Part shown: in pieces, positions 49,279-58,685 of the stretch
How positions within the stretch are numbered: position 1 is the stretch's first letter
Layout of the letters: each line of letters opens with the position of its first letter
Assembly (NCBI GenBank): GCA_947625765.1
Contig: CANQPP010000005.1
Span: 10,656-74,655 of the forward strand
From: an uncultured Clostridia bacterium
GTDB taxonomy: Bacteria; Bacillota; Clostridia; Christensenellales; UBA1750
DNA: 64,000 bases
Direction: 5' to 3'
Translations under genes and position numbers: made by a program
The notes under the pieces: generated by a model
Told to the model about the DNA's origin: nothing
Seen by the model: only the letters and a program-made list of their open reading frames with translations
The model's database searches: none

Positions 49279-52200
49279 TTATGCGAATTGCAGGTAAGTG
49301 TTCTTCATGTAGCCGGTCTTGGTGCCCACCTGCACCTTGGACCAGCTGTCGCCCTTCTCCAGGATGGTGACGGTGGTCCCCTTGGAGTAGGTGCCCAGCT
49401 TCTCGCCGCTGGCGGAGTTGGTGGCGCGCAGGTTCACCGCGGCGGTGGTCTTGGCGGTCTTCTTCTCCGCAGGCTTAGAATCCGTGCCGGAACCCGAGCC
49501 GGACTCCAGCGCCACGTACTTGGCGCTCACGTAACCGGGCCGGTCGTTGTAGCTGATGCCGTACCAGGTGCCGTGGTCGCTGTTGATCGTGACCTTGGTG
49601 CCGTGCTTGAGCACGAAGGCGATGGAGTAATCCGTGCCGGGGCCGGAGCGCACGTTCAGCGTGGCCGAGGCGCTGGAGAGGTTGATGTAGGCGGTCTTGC
49701 CCACCAGAGCGGAGTTGTTGTTGCCGGTGTTGTTGTTGGAGCTGTTATTGCCGCTATTGGTGGAAGGAGCGGCCGCGCCCTCGGTCACCTTGCCGGAGGC
49801 GTCCAGCACGCCGGTCTCGCCGGTCAAGCGGACGTAGCTCTTGAGCACGTAGCCGGTGGAGCTGCCGTAGACCACCTTGTACCAGTCGCCGTTGGAGGCG
49901 ATGACGTACACCTTCTCGCCGTGCGGGAAGCTGCCGATGGCGGAATAGGAGGAGCCCGCGCCTGCGCGCACGTTCACGGTGCTGCTGGCGGAGGAAAGGG
50001 TGATGCGGGCGATATAGACGGTGGTGCCGGAAACAGTGGTGCCCGTGTTGGAGCCGCTGTTATCCGAACCGCTCGTCGTGCCGCCGGTGGAGCCTGTGTT
50101 CTTCTCCTCCTCCACGGTGCCGGAGCTGATCTTCACGTAGGACTTCATCACATAGCCCTTGTAGTCCTGGTAGATGATCTTGTACCAGTCGCCGGTGGAG
50201 CTGATGATCTCGATGTCCGTGCCGTGGCGCAAGTTGGCCACGATGGCGGAACTGGTCGAGGGCTCCTTGCGAAGGCGCAGCGTGGAGTTGGTGTTGCTCA
50301 GCTGGATCTTGCCCTGGGCAAAGACGGAGCTCTCGTTTCCGGTGCTGCCGGTGCTCCCGGTGTTACCCGTGCTCCCGGTGTTACCCGTGCTGCCGGTGTT
50401 GCTGCCGCTGTCCGGGGTCTGGGTGTCGGGCTTTGTGCCGTCGGGCGCGGAGCCCGTGGCGGTCAGTATGTACTTCTTGTACACGAAGCCCTTGGTCCCG
50501 GCGTCCGCGCGGATGTAGTAGAGGTCGTCCACCACGCCGATGACGGTCACGCCGCTGCCGTTCTCCAGGTAGCCCAAGGTCGTGGACTTGTTGAGGTCGG
50601 AGTAGATGGTGAGCGTCGTGCCGCTCTCGATCTGCACCACGCCGCGCACGCCGCCGTCGGGGATCTCCGCCTCGGTGAGGCCGCCCAGAACGCCGGAGCT
50701 CGGGACATCAGGGGTGGTGCTGGTGCCGGGCTGGGTCGTATTGCCGCCGGTCTGGCCGCCGCTGATCGTCACGTCCGTCACGTACTGCATGGAGACGTAG
50801 CCCACGCCGGTGCCGTAGCTGATCTTGTACCAGCCGTTCAGCTCGGCCAGGATCACCACGCTGTCGCCGTTGCGCAGCCGTCCGATAACGGACGAGGAAG
50901 TGGAGTTGCTGGCGCGCACGTTGAGCGTGGAGGAGCTGTTGAGCTTCACCTTGCCGGTGACGGTGGGCGCCGGGGCCTGCGTGTCGGGCTGGGCGGGCGT
51001 CTCGGGCGCGGTGGTGTCGGGCGTGTTGGGATCGGTGGTCGTGGCCGCGGGGGTGAAGCGCACGTAATCGGCGCTGACGAAGCCGGCCACGTTGGCCGAG
51101 GTCTTGACGCGGTACCAGTTGGTCGCGGTCTTTTCATACACGGTCAGCTGGGTGCCGTTGGGCAGGCGCTGCACGATGCTGGAGGCGCTGGACGCCGCCG
51201 AGCGCAGGTTCAGCGTGGAGGAGCTGACGGAGAGGGTCACGATGCCGGTGCCGATGGGCGTCTCGGGGTTCGCGGGCTGCTGTGCGTTGGGATTGGTGGT
51301 CGTGCCCGCATTGGGGTCAAGGCTGTCCACCAGGATGTACTCGGCGGAAACGTAGCCCACGTCCGCGCCGTAGTTGATCTCGTACCAGCCGTCCAGCTTG
51401 GCGGTGATGCTCACCTTGGAGCCGCGGGTGACGGTGCCCAGGCGGGAGGCGGAGGTGGAAGGCTTGGAGCGCACGTTCAGGCTGGAGGCGTTCACCGTAC
51501 CGGTGCCGATCACGGGCTTGTTGGAGTTGACGGCGTTCTGGGTCGTCTCGTCGCGCTGGAAGGTGCGGGTCTCCAGGACCACGTCGTTAAAGTAGAAGTG
51601 GATGATCTCGTCGTAATTCTTGCCCTCGTTGGCCATCTGCTGCGCGCCGCGCTGGCTCATGCCGACGCCGTGGCCGTAGCGGGCCAGCGTGAGGGTGTAG
51701 CTGCTGCCGTTCTGCTGGAGGCTGAACAGGCGCAGGTCGCTGTCGTTGCCGAAGAGCAGGTACTTGATCTCGCTGTCCAGATCGAAGCGGATGTCCGCGC
51801 TGCCGGGGATGCCGAAACCGTCGTCATAGGAGACGTTCATGTTCATGGTCTTGTAGTTGCGGCTGATGCCAACGCTCGCGGGGTCGTTGGTCACGGGATC
51901 GGACAGGGTGACGCTGTTGATATACTTGGGTGTCACCCAAGAACCCACCTGGGAGTAGAGCTTCTGCTGGATGAGGTTGGACAAGTCGTTCCAGCTGGTG
52001 GTCATGTCCGCGCTGAAGGAATAGGACGCGGTGCGGGACTGGGGGTTGCGCAGGTCGTAGGGGTCGTCCTTCATCACGTAGCAGCCAAGGCTGGAGCCGG
52101 AGCCGCTCCAGGCGTTGCGGGGCAGCTCGATCTGGCCGCCGTTGGAGGCGCCGAAGTAGGCGTTGACGTAGGAATTGCCGTACTTGAGCAGCACGCCGCG

Positions 52201-52859
52201 GTCTCGTTCACCGCGCGCATGATCACGTCGTTAGCGGAGTTGTAGCCCTTGTAGACCTGGTCGGAGGAGGTATCGTTGATCTCGTAGTTGGGCTGGCCGG
52301 AGATCATGCGGTTATAGACGTAGCTGCGGGCGATGATGGCCTGGGCCTTTAAGCACTCCAGCGGGAAGGAGTTGGAAAGCTCGCCGGCCAGAACGCCGTA
52401 GAGGTAATCCTCCAGATAGACGCGGTTGATCAGGCGCAGGCCGCCGTCCTTGATGTCGAACTTCATGTCGCCCCGGTAGCTGCGGTTGCCATAGCGGGGG
52501 TTGTAGAAGCTGATGGCGCCCAGCTTGCCCTCTGAGTCGGTGTACTGCTTGAGGGTGAAGGAGGTGCCCATGTCCACGGACGAGGCCAGGCCGTCGCCGG
52601 AAAGATACAGGGTATTGCCCAGCAGCTGCACCGTGTAGCTGCCGCGGGAAGATAAGATGATCTCGGGCCGGGACTCGATGGCGTAGCTGCCGTTGGTGGT
52701 GAACGTCAGGCTCGTGATGGATCCGTAGTAATTCAGGGAGGCCAGATACACGCGCACCATGCCGTTCTCGGCCGCGTAAGCGCTGCCCTGCGGAACGACC
52801 AGCGCCGTAACGATCAGCGCCACAGCCAGGATCGCCGCCCATATCCGTTTGCCCTTCAT
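49279..52859 (-). pseudogene. SpoIID/LytB-domain protein fused to 8 SH3b domains, interrupted by a 1-nt frameshift near 52195-52201
   Basis: ORF 52074-52859 (signal peptide plus SpoIID N-terminal half ...DVIMRAVNETA) and ORF 49279-52194 (...(G)VLLKYGNSYVNAYFGASNGGQIE, then 8 SH3b units such as LNVRS.PS...GWY.I.Y....GYV...Y) are consecutive halves of one protein in frames offset by 1 nt. Confidence 0.7.
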
Positions 52860-52965
52860 AACCTTCATACCTCCGTTGCCGTATTGAAAACCGAAGGGAT
52901 GCCCGCGGCCTTCTCCCCTGCTGTGGGGGCCGCCGCATCCGGGAAAGCTCTCGATCTCATTTGAC

Positions 52966-52994
52966 ATATTACAATATCATGACGGTAAAATCAA
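52966..52994 (-). promoter_or_regulatory. Promoter candidate for the SpoIID-SH3 gene
   Basis: On the minus strand: TTGATT (52989-52994), 17 nt, TAATAT (52966-52971). Confidence 0.55.
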
Positions 52995-53211
52995 CGCCAG
53001 CAACTGCCAAAAAGCCCTGTAAAAAGCGAAATAAACAACTTTGAAACAGAGAAATGACATCTTTGGCTACATTTGTTTTGATCTGGAAACAAGTGCGGCG
53101 GCCCTTCCCGCCCCCAGAGGACGAGCGCGCGCCGCCCGTCTCCCCTTTCCAATATAGACAAAGCAGTCCCGCGCGGAGCAGGCGCATGGAGCCATGGGAC
53201 CCTTTCTTATG

Positions 53212-53252
53212 AAATAGAAAAACCGCCCCGGCGCTGCTCAGCGTCGGGACGG
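53212..53252 (-). terminator. Intrinsic terminator after the XRE-cupin gene
   Basis: On the minus strand: CCGTCCCGACGCTG-ag-CAGCGCCGGGGCGG followed by TTTTTCTATTTC. Confidence 0.7.
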
Positions 53253-53279
53253 CTGAAATGGAGCTTTAGGTTTTTCCGT

Positions 53280-53834
53280 TTAGATGACCACGGCCAGGAA
53301 CACGGCCTCCTCCGCGCCCACGGCCTGCATGCCGTGCGGGAACTCGGAGTTAAAGTAGATGGAGTCGCCCTCGTTCAGCGTGATCTCCTTGCCGTTGACC
53401 TGCATCCGCAGGCTGCCCTTGAGCACGTAGTCGAACTCCTGCCCCACGTGGGCGTTGAGCACCAGGGGCGTTCCGGTGGGCACGGGGCCGGCGGTCACGT
53501 AGAAGGGGTCCACCTTTTTTGCGCCGAAGTTGAACGCCAGGGACTGGTAATCGTAGCCCTTGTTGCGCTCGATGCCCTTGCCGCGGCCCGCGCGGGTGAC
53601 GCAGAACTCGTGCAGCTTGGGCTCCTCGCCGGTGAGCAGTATGCTGGGCTCCACCTTGCACTTTTGGGCCACCTCCAGCACCACGCTGATGGGCAGGTCC
53701 TTCTGGCCGCTCTCGTACTTGGCATATTCCTCCACGGGGACGCCGACGGCGCCGGCCATCTCCTCCAGGCTGAAATCGCAGATCTGGCGCAGCTCGCGCA
53801 GCCTCTCGGCGATCTCCATAAGCTGGTCGCTCAT
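53280..53834 (-). CDS. XRE-family HTH regulator with a C-terminal cupin domain
   Basis: HTH: LRELRQICDFSLEEMAGAVGVPVEEYAKYESGQKD. Cupin: ...GQEFDYVLKGSLRMQVNGKEITLNEGDSIYFNSEFPHGM. Start at MSDQL (53834) after GGGAGG. Confidence 0.8.
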   Translation of the reverse strand: MSDQLMEIAERLRELRQICDFSLEEMAGAVGVPVEEYAKYESGQKDLPISVVLEVAQKCKVEPSILLTGEEPKLHEFCVTRAGRGKGIERNKGYDYQSLAFNFGAKKVDPFYVTAGPVPTGTPLVLNAHVGQEFDYVLKGSLRMQVNGKEITLNEGDSIYFNSEFPHGMQAVGAEEAVFLAVVI

Positions 53835-53912
53835 TGATAAGGACCTCCCTTTATCTGGTTTCATTCATATAGTATAGCGCAGGGCGCGCCCTTTGCGCAA
53901 GCCCGTTTCCGT

Positions 53913-55214
53913 TCAGCCTCTGGTGGTGTCGGCCATGTCGACCATGTTCTGGGCCAGCTTCTTGATCTGCTGCTTGAGTATGTAGATGCAGTCCAGCTCC
54001 ACCGCGTAGCCGAAGGCGATGTCCTCGGCCAGGGCGCGGCAGGAGGGCGAACCGCAGGAGCCGCAGTCCAGCCCGGGCAGGCCCTCTGTGATCTCCTCGA
54101 TGCGCTGCATCTTCTGCAGGGCCACGGAGATGTCGTCGTCCAGCTTCATGACGGGCTTGGCCTCCAGCTGGCGGGTGGTGTGGGCCTCCGAGTCGGTCAG
54201 CTCCTGCACGTCCTCCATGGTCATGCGGCTCTTGGGCAGCTTCTCGATCAGCTTGCGCAGGCGGTTCTTGGCCACATAGGTGTTCTCCACGGTGAGCGGC
54301 CCGCCCAGGCAGCCGCCGGTGCAGGCCAGGCCCTCGAAGAACTCCAGGTCGGAGAGCTGGCCGTTCTCGATGGCCTCCAGCACCTGGATCACGTTCTCGA
54401 TGCCGTCCACGTTCAGGGAGTTCTCCACGCCCACGGCCAGCATCTCGCCGCCGCTGCGCGCCCAGCCCACGCCCATGTTCCCCGCCTCGGACAGCTTCTG
54501 GTCGCGCCTGGGGCTGGAAAGTATGGCGTTGATCTGGCCGTACAGGTCCAAAATGGAGATAACGCCGCTCACGGGCGATTCGGGCGAAAACAGGGGCGAG
54601 CGGACCGCCGTCATCTTCGCCGGGCAGGGCGTGATGAAGAACACGCCCACCTCCTCCGCGGCGCAGCCGGTGCGCTCCATCATGCGCTTGCGGGCCACGA
54701 TGGCCGCCGCCTCCATGGGGGAGATCACGTCCACCACGTTGGGCAGCAGCTCCGGGAAGCGCACCTGCAAAAGCCGCAGGATGGCCGGGCAGGCGGAGGA
54801 GATCAGCGGCACGCCGTTGTGCAGCTTGCGGTCGCGCACACGCTGGGCGATGTAGGGCGTCACCATCTCGGCCCCGCGCGCGACCTCGAACACGTCGTCA
54901 AAGCCCAGCACCAGCAGGGCCTCCAGCAGCTTGTCCACGGTGGACGCGGTCTTGAACTGGCCGTAAAGCGTGGGGGCGGGCAGGGCGATCTTGTACTTAT
55001 AGTCCTCGATGATCTTCAAGGGATCGGTCACGGCCACCTTGGCGTGGTATGGGCACACCTTGATGCACATGCCGCAGTCGATGCACCTTTCCGCGATGAT
55101 GTGCGCGCAGCCGTCGTAGACGCGGATGGCCTCCGTGGGACAGTGGCGCAGGCAGGTCGTGCAGCCCTTGCACTTGGCCTTATCCAGCTTCACGGAATGA
55201 TTGTATGTCGGCAT
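53913..55214 (-). CDS. [FeFe]-hydrogenase-like protein (2x[4Fe-4S] ferredoxin, hydrogenase large-subunit C-domain, C-terminal CxxCxxxxC Fe-S domain)
   Basis: CKGCTTCLRHCP and CIDCGMCIKVCP. H-cluster-like motifs ISSACPA (versus TSCCP), TPCPAKM (versus MPCxxK) and ACTGGCLGG (versus CxxGCxxG). C-terminal LDCGSCGSPSCRALAEDI. Confidence 0.75.
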   Translation of the reverse strand: MPTYNHSVKLDKAKCKGCTTCLRHCPTEAIRVYDGCAHIIAERCIDCGMCIKVCPYHAKVAVTDPLKIIEDYKYKIALPAPTLYGQFKTASTVDKLLEALLVLGFDDVFEVARGAEMVTPYIAQRVRDRKLHNGVPLISSACPAILRLLQVRFPELLPNVVDVISPMEAAAIVARKRMMERTGCAAEEVGVFFITPCPAKMTAVRSPLFSPESPVSGVISILDLYGQINAILSSPRRDQKLSEAGNMGVGWARSGGEMLAVGVENSLNVDGIENVIQVLEAIENGQLSDLEFFEGLACTGGCLGGPLTVENTYVAKNRLRKLIEKLPKSRMTMEDVQELTDSEAHTTRQLEAKPVMKLDDDISVALQKMQRIEEITEGLPGLDCGSCGSPSCRALAEDIAFGYAVELDCIYILKQQIKKLAQNMVDMADTTRG

Positions 55215-55258
55215 AGCTTAAAACCTCGCCTTTTCTCGTGAAATGCGGGCCGGGCGGC

Positions 55259-55684
55259 TCACTTTAAGTGGAAGCGCATGTGGATCTTGGTCCCCACGCC
55301 CACGGTGGATTCGATAGAGAACTCGTCCGCGTTGCGCTTCATGTTGGGCAGGCCCATGCCGGCGCCAAAGCCCATCATGCGCACCTCTTCCGGCGCGGTG
55401 GAATAGCCCTCGCGCATGGCAAGGTCGATGTCCGCGATGCCGGGGCCGACGTCGCTGACGTCCAGTGTGATGCCGCCCTCGTCCACGGAGAAGCAGATCT
55501 CGCCGCCCAAGGAGTGGATGATCAGGTTCAGCTCCACCTCGTAGGCGGCCACGGAGATGCGCCGGGTGAGGCCGCTGTCCACGCCCAGCATGCGCAGCGT
55601 GCGCTTGATGCTGCCGGATACCTCGCCCGCAGAGGTGAAGTCGCCCTTCTGCACAGGGTAGACCGTTCGGATGTTCTGCGGCAT
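55259..55684 (-). CDS. SpoIIAB-like anti-sigma-type Ser/Thr kinase / HATPase domain protein
   Basis: 141 aa with EVELNLIIHS...DVGPGIADIDLAMREGYST...GFGAGMGLPNMKR (N, G1 and G2-like boxes). Confidence 0.7.
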   Translation of the reverse strand: MPQNIRTVYPVQKGDFTSAGEVSGSIKRTLRMLGVDSGLTRRISVAAYEVELNLIIHSLGGEICFSVDEGGITLDVSDVGPGIADIDLAMREGYSTAPEEVRMMGFGAGMGLPNMKRNADEFSIESTVGVGTKIHMRFHLK

Positions 55685-55685
55685 G

Positions 55686-56039
55686 TCAGCACCTCTTCTC
55701 GTGGCCGCGCAGACCCGCCTGGTACAGCAGGCCGCAGGAGGTATACAGCGTATGGGGCGAGCAGAGGATGCACATGCCGGCCTCGCGCGCCATTTCCACG
55801 ATCTCGTCGGTGGGCTTCTTGCCGCGCACGAAGACGATGCAGCGGATGTCCACCATATCGCAGGTGCGGACCACGTGGGGGTTGGTCATGCCGGTGAGCA
55901 GCACCGTGTGCCCTTCCACGAAGGCCAGCACGTCGCTCATCAGGTCCGAACCGCAGGCCGCGCGGATGTCGTCCTGCAGCATGTCCTCGCCGCAGATGAT
56001 CTCCGCGCCTAAGGTTGCAATGATCTGCTCCACTTTCAT
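55686..56039 (-). CDS. DRTGG domain protein
   Basis: 117 aa with ...SDLMSDVLAFVEGHTVLLTGMTNPHVVRTCDMVDIRCIVFVRGKKP.. Its end abuts the kinase-like gene start (1-nt gap). Confidence 0.7.
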   Translation of the reverse strand: MKVEQIIATLGAEIICGEDMLQDDIRAACGSDLMSDVLAFVEGHTVLLTGMTNPHVVRTCDMVDIRCIVFVRGKKPTDEIVEMAREAGMCILCSPHTLYTSCGLLYQAGLRGHEKRC

Positions 56040-56081
56040 GGGTATACCCTCCTTCTCCCTTTGGGAAAAGGGGCGGCCCGT

Positions 56082-56990
56082 CTAAGCGAGCAGCCCCTTT
56101 GCGTAATTTCGGTACTGCGCGATACACGCAATATGAGTATACTTTATTTTTGCGGAAATTGCCATAGCAGATTGTTCCGAAAAAGAAATTGTTTGTAAAT
56201 ATCCGGCGCAATTCGTCAAACAATCCTCCCAGCCGGAGAGCGCCTGCGCCTCTCCCTCGATCAGCGCGCCGTCGAAGGCCGCCGTCCGGGCCCTTTCCAG
56301 GCCCTGTTCCAGCGCCGAGGCCTTCGCCGCCGCGTCCGCTGCCTGCATTTCTCCCCGGTCCAGCGCGCGCCAGGTCTTGTCCAGCTCCGCCAGCGCGTTT
56401 GTAAATTCCGTGTAACTTTCCTCGATGGCCCGGGCGCGCTCCTCCCCGCAGGCGATGGTAAGGGCCGCCCCTTCGGCGCTTAAGTCCACCACCTGCGTCT
56501 GGAGCCTGCCCGCCTCGGCCAGGCGGGCCGCCACCGTCCGGGCGGCCTCCTCCCCGTCGTAGACGCTCAGCAGCACCAGATATCCCTCGTCCTCATCCTG
56601 CCGGAAGATGTACCCCGCGCCGCCTCGGCCCTGCAGGAGCAAGGCGCTCTCGTTGGCCTTCTCTAAGTCCTCATAGGGCCCCGCGCCCACCGCGAAGGCG
56701 GCAAGGCCGGGCGGCGTCACCGTCCGCTCCTGCGCTTGTGCTTCCTCCTGGTTGAGGGCCTCCACCAGCCGCCGGTCGTCAGTTTCCGTTTCTGTGTCCG
56801 TTTCCGCCTCCGCCTGGCTTTCCAGACCGCTCTGCGCCAGCGGCAGCAGCCAGCGCTTGGAGATCGCCACGCCCACGAACACCGCCAGTCCCAGGTAGCC
56901 CGCGGCCAGCAGGCCCGTCAAGATACGCAGCGCGCCGCTCCTCCGTGCCCGGCTGCGGTGGGCGCGCCGCCTTCTCCTCCGCTTGTTCAT
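56082..56990 (-). CDS. Membrane-anchored protein with a SPOR-like central domain
   Basis: MNKRRRRRRAHRSRARR, then a TM, then ...AFAVGAGPYEDLEKANESALLLQGRGGAGYIFRQDEDEGYLVLLSVYDGEEAARTVAARL. The SPOR assignment is tentative. Confidence 0.5.
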   Translation of the reverse strand: MNKRRRRRRAHRSRARRSGALRILTGLLAAGYLGLAVFVGVAISKRWLLPLAQSGLESQAEAETDTETETDDRRLVEALNQEEAQAQERTVTPPGLAAFAVGAGPYEDLEKANESALLLQGRGGAGYIFRQDEDEGYLVLLSVYDGEEAARTVAARLAEAGRLQTQVVDLSAEGAALTIACGEERARAIEESYTEFTNALAELDKTWRALDRGEMQAADAAAKASALEQGLERARTAAFDGALIEGEAQALSGWEDCLTNCAGYLQTISFSEQSAMAISAKIKYTHIACIAQYRNYAKGLLA

Positions 56991-57147
56991 CCCGATTTTC
57001 TCCCCTTTCCCTTGGCATTGCTCATCCTTATGCGCGCTTGTCCATCCGTTATGACGGGCGGGCAAAATTCGCCTTGACAAAACGGGGCGTTTGGCAAATA
57101 CTTAAAGGAAAGAGAAAACGCTAAAGATAAGGAAGGAGTAAAGCGCC

Positions 57148-57933
57148 ATGCCGCAGCAGCACCTGGACACCATCCCCATCTGGGAAGCCTACCACGAGGA
57201 CAGCGAGTGCCCCTTATGCGCCATGGAAGAGCGCTGCGAGAGCCAGTTCCTGGATACCGCGCTGGGCGGCGCGCTCATGGAGCCGGACACCCGCATCATG
57301 ACCAACCAGGCGGGCTTCTGCGCCCAGCACCTGCGCATGCTCTACGGCCGCGAGAACCGCCTGGGCTTCGCGCTGACGCTGCACACCCACCTGAAGGACT
57401 ACATGGAGAGCCTGGGTAAGCAGACCGAGGCGCTGGAAAAGGAGCTGCAGAGCGAGCAGAAGAAGAACGCGCTGGCAAAGGGCGCGGCCGGCATCTCCAA
57501 GTCCGACCCCTTCTTCCGCAGGCTGGACGCAGCCATCTCCCACATGGAGGAGCGCAGCGGCTCCTGCTATATCTGCGGCCGCATCGACAAGACCATGGAC
57601 CGCTACGTGGAGACCGTCCTGTACATGTACCGCAAGGACCCGGAGTTCAAGAAGGCGTTCCTGGCCTCCCGCGGCGTGTGCATGCGGCACTATCCCCTGT
57701 TGCTGCGCGGCGCGAAGGCGCACCTGCACGGGGAAACGCGGCTGCAGTTCGTCCACGACCTGATGGAGTTGCAGCAGAAGAACCTAAAGCGCATGGAAGA
57801 GGAGCTGGAGTGGTTCACCCTGAAGTTCGACTACCGCAACCAGGCCAAGCCCTGGGGCAACTCCAAGGACGCCGTGGAGCGGACGATCAAGAAGCTGCAG
57901 GGCAACGTGTTCAGCGAGGAAGGCAAGAAATGA
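57148..57933 (+). CDS. Conserved Cys-rich hypothetical protein (CPLC ... CYIC pairs)
   Basis: 261 aa with GAAGGAG RBS. Possibly a DUF6062-type family, recalled from memory and not verified. Confidence 0.55.
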   Translation: MPQQHLDTIPIWEAYHEDSECPLCAMEERCESQFLDTALGGALMEPDTRIMTNQAGFCAQHLRMLYGRENRLGFALTLHTHLKDYMESLGKQTEALEKELQSEQKKNALAKGAAGISKSDPFFRRLDAAISHMEERSGSCYICGRIDKTMDRYVETVLYMYRKDPEFKKAFLASRGVCMRHYPLLLRGAKAHLHGETRLQFVHDLMELQQKNLKRMEEELEWFTLKFDYRNQAKPWGNSKDAVERTIKKLQGNVFSEEGKK

Positions 57934-58001
57934 CCCTTGCGCAGGCGGCCTCCAACGTGCTATACTGAAATTCCTCCCGGGATACAGAGTTCCCGGCCCA
58001 T

Positions 58002-58349
58002 GGGGGCGTACTGGTTTCGACGGGGGGCGCCGAGGACCGGCAAGCGAGCCGCGGACCCGCGACCGCGTATCAAGCGGGACAAAAAACAACTGACAACAAT
58101 AACGTAGCTATCGCGGCCTAAACCCCGCGACGTCGGCCCCAGGCCACCTGTAGCCTGGGTCACCGGCGCAAGAAATACAGGGACCGAACCCGCCTAAGCT
58201 TTGCGGCGGGCCGTACTTATGAAGCTACCCAGCCCCGTATCCTGCCGCCGGGAGACGGACGCCGGGGAATTTGAAACCAGCGGCTGCGCTCGGAGAAAGC
58301 CGATCTAAGGCCCTTTCGGACAGGGGTTCGACTCCCCTCGCCTCCACCA
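58002..58349 (+). ncRNA. ssrA: tmRNA (SsrA)
   Basis: 5' GGGGGCGTACTGGTTTCGACGGGG and 3' GGACAGGGGTTCGACTCCCCTCGCCTCCACCA form a tRNA-Ala-like acceptor with G3:U70. The tag frame at 58074-58121 (GCG GGA CAA AAA ACA ACT GAC AAC AAT AAC GTA GCT ATC GCG GCC TAA) encodes (A)GQKTTDNNNVAIAA*. Confidence 0.9.
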
Positions 58350-58685
58350 CAGGAGAGCCAGGCGAACCTTGGTTCATCTAAGGAAGCCTGTTCTCACCAC
58401 GTTAGAGCGGACCTCGCTCGCTCCGTTTCCAGGCGGTCCCTTTTGGGGCCGCCTGAAAACTGCGTATCGCTCGAGTCGCTCCTCCTCCCCGAACCGGGGC
58501 CCGAGCAAGTCGCCTGTTCGCTTGCAAGCGCGCTCACGACGGCTTTGTTGCGCTGCCACCCCGTTTCGGTGCCGCGCCGCGGGCGCGGGAACGGCAAATC
58601 ATCCCTTTCAACTTCTTAAATCATAGAAAATGAACAGGTCGGCGTCGATAAGAAGAACGATATCGGCCTAGGAGAGGTGCGCGGC

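Noticed and set aside
52190-52205. Programmed ribosomal frameshift in the SpoIID-SH3 gene
   Set aside because: There is no slippery heptamer (X XXY YYZ) or poly-A/T run at the junction, and no obvious downstream stimulatory structure. A simple 1-nt indel (mutation or sequencing error) is more parsimonious.
49174-52245. 1023-aa + strand ORF, and similar long antisense ORFs (221-1300, 9134-10633, 36195-38009, 39766-41622, 44677-45957, 54180-55241 and others)
   Set aside because: They lie exactly antisense to, or out of frame with, genes that have clear homology. Their translations are Gly/Ala/Arg/Val/His-rich low-complexity strings typical of shadow ORFs in GC-rich DNA, and they lack RBS signals.
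58350-58676. Integrase gene or attL/attR pair marking a genomic island at ssrA
   Set aside because: No integrase-like translation appears in any frame, and I could not see a direct repeat of the ssrA 3' end between 58350 and 64000. The island hypothesis is left open but unsupported.
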